In this document: positions 59,618 through 64,000 of the stretch, piece by piece | Numbering within the stretch: position 1 is the stretch's first letter | Layout of the letters: every line of letters begins with the position of its first letter | Assembly: GCA_043826435.1 (NCBI GenBank) | Contig: JBDRQF010000007.1 | Span: forward strand, 973-64,972 | Reading direction: 5' to 3' | DNA: 64,000 nt | DNA from: Elusimicrobiota bacterium | GTDB taxonomy: Bacteria; Elusimicrobiota; Endomicrobiia; CG1-02-37-114; JAHJSO01 | Notes under the pieces: generated by a model | Seen by the model: the letters and a program-made list of their open reading frames with translations, nothing else | What the model was told of the DNA's origin: nothing | The model's database searches: none | Made by a program: the position numbers and the translations under genes

Positions 59618-61114
59618 TTAAACAACGTGCCGTTCCTTTTGCCGGGACATTTCTTCCTCAAGTTCTTTTTTCTTCTCTTCATATCCGGGCCTGCCCAGCA
59701 AGGCATAAGTTAACTGTTTGCCAAGTTCTACCCCCGGCTGGTCAAAGGCGTTTATGTTGAATAGTTCGCCTGCATATGCAGTCGCCAGTTCAAGCATGTA
59801 TATAAGTTGTCCTACCGTGTCTTCGTTTATTTCCTTCATGGCTATTGTACAGTTTGGTCTGCCCTGTTTTGTGAGTGCAAGCCGTGTTGCGGACTCTTCC
59901 GATTTAATAAGTTCATTCAGAGTGTGCCCGCCGAGATAGTGCTTTTTCCCGTCCGTTGGAATTTTTACAGACGGAATTTTTACACTCGCCCTGTATTTTT
60001 CCGATGACAGGAATGTAATAACTTTGTCGAAAGGTCCTTCAATGTAGAGTTGCGCCTGCGAGTGTTGGTCGGTAGCACCGACTGCCTTCACTGGTGTCGG
60101 TCCTATATTTACGACCTCGCCGGAGTTGTTTAATTTTTTGCCCAAACTTTCGGCCCAGAGTTGCCTGAACCAGTCGGCGATACCGTAGAGGGCGTTTGAG
60201 TAAGGCATCATAACATTTATTCTTTTGCCTTTCTGGTAAAGGAGCCACTGGACGGCCGCGTACACAAGCGCAGGGTTATTGTATGAAGATGCCCCGCTAT
60301 GGTCAGCCCCGGCTGTTCTGCTCGCGGCGGGTTCCATTGCGGCTGAACACCTGTCCGCCATACGAGCTGCGCCTGTTAGCAGTTTTTCAATGTCTATCCC
60401 GGTAAACGCAGCGGATACAAGTCCTACGGGTGAAAGCACAGAGAATCTCCCGCCGACATTCCGCGGTATCTCAAACGAGGCAATCGCTTCGCCTTTATTG
60501 ACGAGTTCCCGCAGGAATCCCTTTTCTTTGTCTGTCGTGATTATTATGTGTTTGGGATATTTTTTGAATCCGACACGCTTTATGAGTTTGTCCCGTATTA
60601 CAAAAAAGTTAGCGAGACATTCGGCGGTTGTGCCTGATTTGGATATTACATTGACGAGCGTTTTTTTGAGGTCAATTGCATCCAGCAGTCCTGCAATGAG
60701 TTCAGGGTCAACGTTGTCCGGGACAAAAAGACGCAACCAGCCCTTCCGGGATACCCGGTTGCCTGTGGATTTTTTCCCGAGCAGGTTCCACTGCGGATGA
60801 TTGAGCGACTGCTGGAGGGCGATATTTCCGAGCGCCGAGCCGCCTATGCCTATCACTACGAAATTTTCGTATCCGCCACAGGTCCGCCGTGCGATTTCCT
60901 TTATTTTTTTTGCGTCCGGGATTTTATAGGGCAACTCCATGAAACCCAGATTCCCGCCGGCTTTTTTTTCAGTTACGCTGTTGTGGGCAGATACAAGTTT
61001 ATCCTCAAGTGTTTTTAGTTCTTCAAAAAATATACCCTGTTCTTTGTCATGCTTTCCGAGGACTTCATTCAGACAATTCGAATAATCAAGTTTGATATCA
61101 TCCCTGTCTGCCAT
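59618..61114 (-). CDS. pgi: Glucose-6-phosphate isomerase
   Basis: IGIGGSALG, ISKSGTTAE, VGGRFSVLS, QLWAESLGK, TDQHS, FDQPGVELGK. Confidence 0.97.
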   Translation of the reverse strand: MADRDDIKLDYSNCLNEVLGKHDKEQGIFFEELKTLEDKLVSAHNSVTEKKAGGNLGFMELPYKIPDAKKIKEIARRTCGGYENFVVIGIGGSALGNIALQQSLNHPQWNLLGKKSTGNRVSRKGWLRLFVPDNVDPELIAGLLDAIDLKKTLVNVISKSGTTAECLANFFVIRDKLIKRVGFKKYPKHIIITTDKEKGFLRELVNKGEAIASFEIPRNVGGRFSVLSPVGLVSAAFTGIDIEKLLTGAARMADRCSAAMEPAASRTAGADHSGASSYNNPALVYAAVQWLLYQKGKRINVMMPYSNALYGIADWFRQLWAESLGKKLNNSGEVVNIGPTPVKAVGATDQHSQAQLYIEGPFDKVITFLSSEKYRASVKIPSVKIPTDGKKHYLGGHTLNELIKSEESATRLALTKQGRPNCTIAMKEINEDTVGQLIYMLELATAYAGELFNINAFDQPGVELGKQLTYALLGRPGYEEKKKELEEEMSRQKERHVV

Positions 61115-61721
61115 TTTTTCCTCCCGCGGTTTCCTTTGTAAGTCCTTTTTTCACGGCCGGAATAAAAAGGACCTGCTTCGGCAAAATCAAATCAAAATCC
61201 GGAATTTTTTCTTCATTCGCTCTCCATATCTTTACCCACATTGACCCCCGCCCGTAGTGTTTTTTCATTTTCGCTATATTCCAGAGGCAATCCCCTCGCC
61301 GGACGGTGTAACTGGCGCCCGTTTTTTTTGCTGATTTAAACTCTTCAATTGACTGTTTTGCCAGGTCAATCGCCAGTTGATAAGCGGTGTTTTTGTGTTC
61401 TGATTTTGCTCTTTTGAGAATCGCCTGTCCTTTTGAGATATCCCTGCCCTGCTGACGGGCAATTTTCCAGTACTCACCTGCGATTGCTATTGTCTTGCGG
61501 GAACGCAGGGCGAGTTTTTGAATGTCGGTGCCGGGTTGTTTTTGCGACACTTTTTGCTGCTGTGGAATTACGATCGGCGGATGCGTCTTGTGTGTTTCCG
61601 CGGGCGGGGCGGACATGGGGGCAGGCCTTCCAGCCCTTCTCTGCTTAATCTGTGCGATGAAGAGTCCCAGTGCAAACAGAACAATCAGTATCAGGAATAG
61701 ATGCAACCGCGTTAGTTTCAT
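61098..61721 (-). CDS. Membrane-anchored LysM-domain protein (likely start 61721)
   Basis: N-terminal TM; YTVRRGDCLWNIA...W.KIWRAN...DLILPKQVLFIP. Confidence 0.85.
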   Translation of the reverse strand: MKLTRLHLFLILIVLFALGLFIAQIKQRRAGRPAPMSAPPAETHKTHPPIVIPQQQKVSQKQPGTDIQKLALRSRKTIAIAGEYWKIARQQGRDISKGQAILKRAKSEHKNTAYQLAIDLAKQSIEEFKSAKKTGASYTVRRGDCLWNIAKMKKHYGRGSMWVKIWRANEEKIPDFDLILPKQVLFIPAVKKGLTKETAGGKNGRQG

Positions 61722-61785
61722 ATAATAAACGCTTACCCCTCCGATGTCGGCTCTTCGGGTTTTATAAATGGCAGTTCCGCGGCAC

Positions 61786-63378
61786 CTATGCGAATGCCCG
61801 AAAATCAATATTCGGGAAAAGATTATCCTTGGACTCCATGTCTTTCAGAAATTTCTCGTCAATCTGTCCTCTTTTTATCTGTTCATAGAGAGTATTGAAT
61901 CTGATAATATGCTCACGGCTGCGTTTTTCTGCATATTCAACCATCGTTTTGGCTGTCATAATAAATGCCCAGTCAGACGACTGTGCCAGAAGCAGTTCCC
62001 TGGCACACTGTTTGAGGGCTCGTATCTTGAGTTCATTTTTTGTTTTTTTGTTTTCTGCCGCTATTTCAATCATTCTTTCCGCTATTTTGTGTAGGTGTCT
62101 GTATATCCAATCGTTTGTTCCGTTTAGCCAGATCTCAAAGTAACCCTTGTCCCCCCAGGAGGATGCAGACGGGGTAATAACCTGATTTTTGGGAAACATA
62201 TCCAGGTATTCAGAAGGTGTAATCGGGGCAAAGACATTCTGGTCATAATGTATTTTTCTGAATAGAAAATTAAGGAACTCCGGACCTTCATACCACCAGT
62301 GTCCGAAGAGTTCTGCATCGTACGGAGAAACCACTATCGGTTGCCTGCCGATGCAGTCCCTTAGATGTTCAATTTGCTTTTTCCTATTGAACATAAAATT
62401 CCCGGCATGGCGGGCCGCCTTTTCAATCGCCCACACGGGGTTATATGGCTGTTTTTCATTTAGCCCGACCCTACCAGTTATCCTATGGTATTTAATGCCG
62501 ACATTTCGCCTGGCCCCGTCCATATGCAGATATGGTTTTATGTAATCGTAATCAAGGTCATAGCCGACGTCCCTGTAGAATTCCTGGTAATCAATGTCAC
62601 CGGGATAGCCGACTTCGGCACTCCAGACCTGTTGTGCGGATTCAATGTCTCTGCCGAAGGCAGCGACCCCACTGGGACACAGCGCCGGGGCGAATACACC
62701 AAATTTTGGACGGGGAGTGCCATAGAGAATCCCGTGTGCTTCAAGGAAGAAAAAGGCAATGCGCTGTTCCTTAAGTAATTCATCAACCCCTGGTGTATAA
62801 GCACATTCAGCGAGCCACATACCGCGGGGAGGCCTTCCGAACTTCTCGGTATAGTCGTCAATTGCTGTTTTAAGTTGCCCCCTGACCGCCTGTTTGTGAA
62901 TCTTAAGAGGCAGGAATCCGTGCGTGGCGCAGCAGGTGACTATTTCCATTTTGCCGGTGTCCTGTAAATTCTTAAAACCGGTCAGAATGTTGCCATGATA
63001 TTTTTCAAAAATCCTGCGGGCATTCTTAAATTTTGCCTCGTACATTTTCGCCGTCTCGTGAAATTCAGGCAGGTACTTTGTCCGCATCACCTCTTTTTCT
63101 GCGAGTTCGCATAGGTTGTTTATGCGGCGGGAACATCTTTGCTGAAGGAGTCCGTCTGTCATCATACCGGCGAGCGTCGGGGTGATTGACATCGTTACGC
63201 GGAAATCAATCCCTTCTTCAAGCAATTTCTCAAAACAGGAAAGCAGTGGAATATATGTTTCAACCACCCCCTCATAAAACCAGTCCTCTTCCAGGAAGTC
63301 CTCGTATTCGGGGTGTCTGATATAGGGCAGGTGTGCATGCAGCATCAGGCACAAGTATCCTTTTGGTTTATGTCTCAT
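61786..63378 (-). CDS. GH57 1,4-alpha-glucan branching enzyme (DUF1957 family)
   Basis: LHAHLPY, ETYIP, ATHGFLP, WLAECAY, PYDAELFGHWWYEG, LLAQSSDW. Confidence 0.93.
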   Translation of the reverse strand: MRHKPKGYLCLMLHAHLPYIRHPEYEDFLEEDWFYEGVVETYIPLLSCFEKLLEEGIDFRVTMSITPTLAGMMTDGLLQQRCSRRINNLCELAEKEVMRTKYLPEFHETAKMYEAKFKNARRIFEKYHGNILTGFKNLQDTGKMEIVTCCATHGFLPLKIHKQAVRGQLKTAIDDYTEKFGRPPRGMWLAECAYTPGVDELLKEQRIAFFFLEAHGILYGTPRPKFGVFAPALCPSGVAAFGRDIESAQQVWSAEVGYPGDIDYQEFYRDVGYDLDYDYIKPYLHMDGARRNVGIKYHRITGRVGLNEKQPYNPVWAIEKAARHAGNFMFNRKKQIEHLRDCIGRQPIVVSPYDAELFGHWWYEGPEFLNFLFRKIHYDQNVFAPITPSEYLDMFPKNQVITPSASSWGDKGYFEIWLNGTNDWIYRHLHKIAERMIEIAAENKKTKNELKIRALKQCARELLLAQSSDWAFIMTAKTMVEYAEKRSREHIIRFNTLYEQIKRGQIDEKFLKDMESKDNLFPNIDFRAFA

Positions 63379-63543
63379 TATTTAATTGCTCCTTTGATTG
63401 ATATATTTTCCGCGACTGATACAACTGATCCCGAGTGCGACAGGGTTTCTTTGCCCGCATCCCCGGCCGCCGTCTCCATCAGCGAACAACTTCAGTTTTT
63501 ACTGCCGGGCGTTTTAACCGCTTGAGTCACCCGCTTTACTGCC

Positions 63544-64000
63544 TTATTCCGTTTTTCTGGAGACGCTGAATTTTATCTGTTTCCGCATTTTTCTATCGGG
63601 AGACACCGCTTTTATCGGGATTTCTTTTTTACCATCGGGCAGTTCAAGCCGCAGTGAAAAACTGCCATCGGACTTGAGTTTAACTTTTTCTCCCGCCACG
63701 CTGAGGGTTGCGTCCGATTCCGTCGTGCCATACACAATGAGTTCGGTGTTTGCCTTTAACCAGAATTTTCTCTCTTTGGGGTATTCTTCTACGGGCGGCT
63801 GCTGCCTGAAGGAAGAAATACCTTTTGGTGAAAAAGGCATCCGGGCCGAGGAAATTGATATAATTTGTTCCCACCGCTCCCTCATCAATCTGGTTACATC
63901 AAAGGAACTTTTGCCGATGTGTTCAACCCCTGAAAGTTCCAGCAGCCGCTCAAACTCTTTTTGCAATATACCCCACTTTTCGTCTGTAATCGGCGACACG
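63544..64000 (-). CDS. DUF4912-family protein, C-terminal part (5' truncated by window edge)
   Basis: ISSA/ISSF Ser-rich segments then RKFWLKANTELIVYGTTESDATLSVAG...DGSFSLRLELPDG; typical neighbour of GH57. Confidence 0.78.
   Translation of the reverse strand, partial: VSPITDEKWGILQKEFERLLELSGVEHIGKSSFDVTRLMRERWEQIISISSARMPFSPKGISSFRQQPPVEEYPKERKFWLKANTELIVYGTTESDATLSVAGEKVKLKSDGSFSLRLELPDGKKEIPIKAVSPDRKMRKQIKFSVSRKTE

Noticed and set aside
61722-62094. LysM 5' extension and the overlapping 108-aa plus-strand ORF
   Set aside because: Overlap the GH57 3' end; no motifs; ATG 61721 gives a clean TM N-terminus
63379-63543. 165-nt GC-rich intergenic region as an ncRNA
   Set aside because: Only a short repeated GGCAGTAAA and weak stems; no recognisable family

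Overview
Chromosomal window of an anaerobic, probably diderm bacterium; the taxon cannot be fixed from sequence alone. It spans the replication origin. Left end (1-5.7 kb): an AT-rich defence/accessory island with an XRE regulator, an EcoRI-family adenine MTase, a GmrSD(DUF262)-HNH nuclease, an unknown membrane protein, and a Fic gene bracketed by 50-bp direct repeats that each carry the start of an AlbA/Schlafen-like gene. Next come a 2923-aa cyclic beta-1,2-glucan synthase and housekeeping/metabolic genes: rubrerythrin, MATE, recN, NAD kinase, an S1/P1-type nuclease, a frameshifted TMTC-like TPR glycosyltransferase, ATP-cone uridine kinase, a DEDDh-WYL exonuclease, pncB, a four-subunit 2-oxoacid:ferredoxin oxidoreductase, NUDIX and archease. 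The dnaA-dnaN-dciA-gyrB-gyrA operon lacks recF and has a four-gene AT-rich restriction-modification cassette wedged between gyrB and gyrA. GyrA carries an AT-hook-like N-terminal tail. DnaA boxes and a DnaA-trio-like tract flank dnaA, suggesting a bipartite oriC. The rpmH-rnpA-yidD-yidC-jag-mnmE block points toward dnaA instead of away from it, followed by a collagen-TPR gene and rsmA. The right end holds tRNA-Glu(CTC), a VanZ-lipoprotein fusion, radC, pgi, a LysM protein, a GH57 enzyme and a partial DUF4912 gene. Window-wide patterns: P/A/G/S-rich in-frame loop insertions in conserved proteins, a dispersed ~30-40 bp hairpin family, and apparently leaderless mRNAs (including rpmH). All family assignments come from recognised motifs; no database searches were run.
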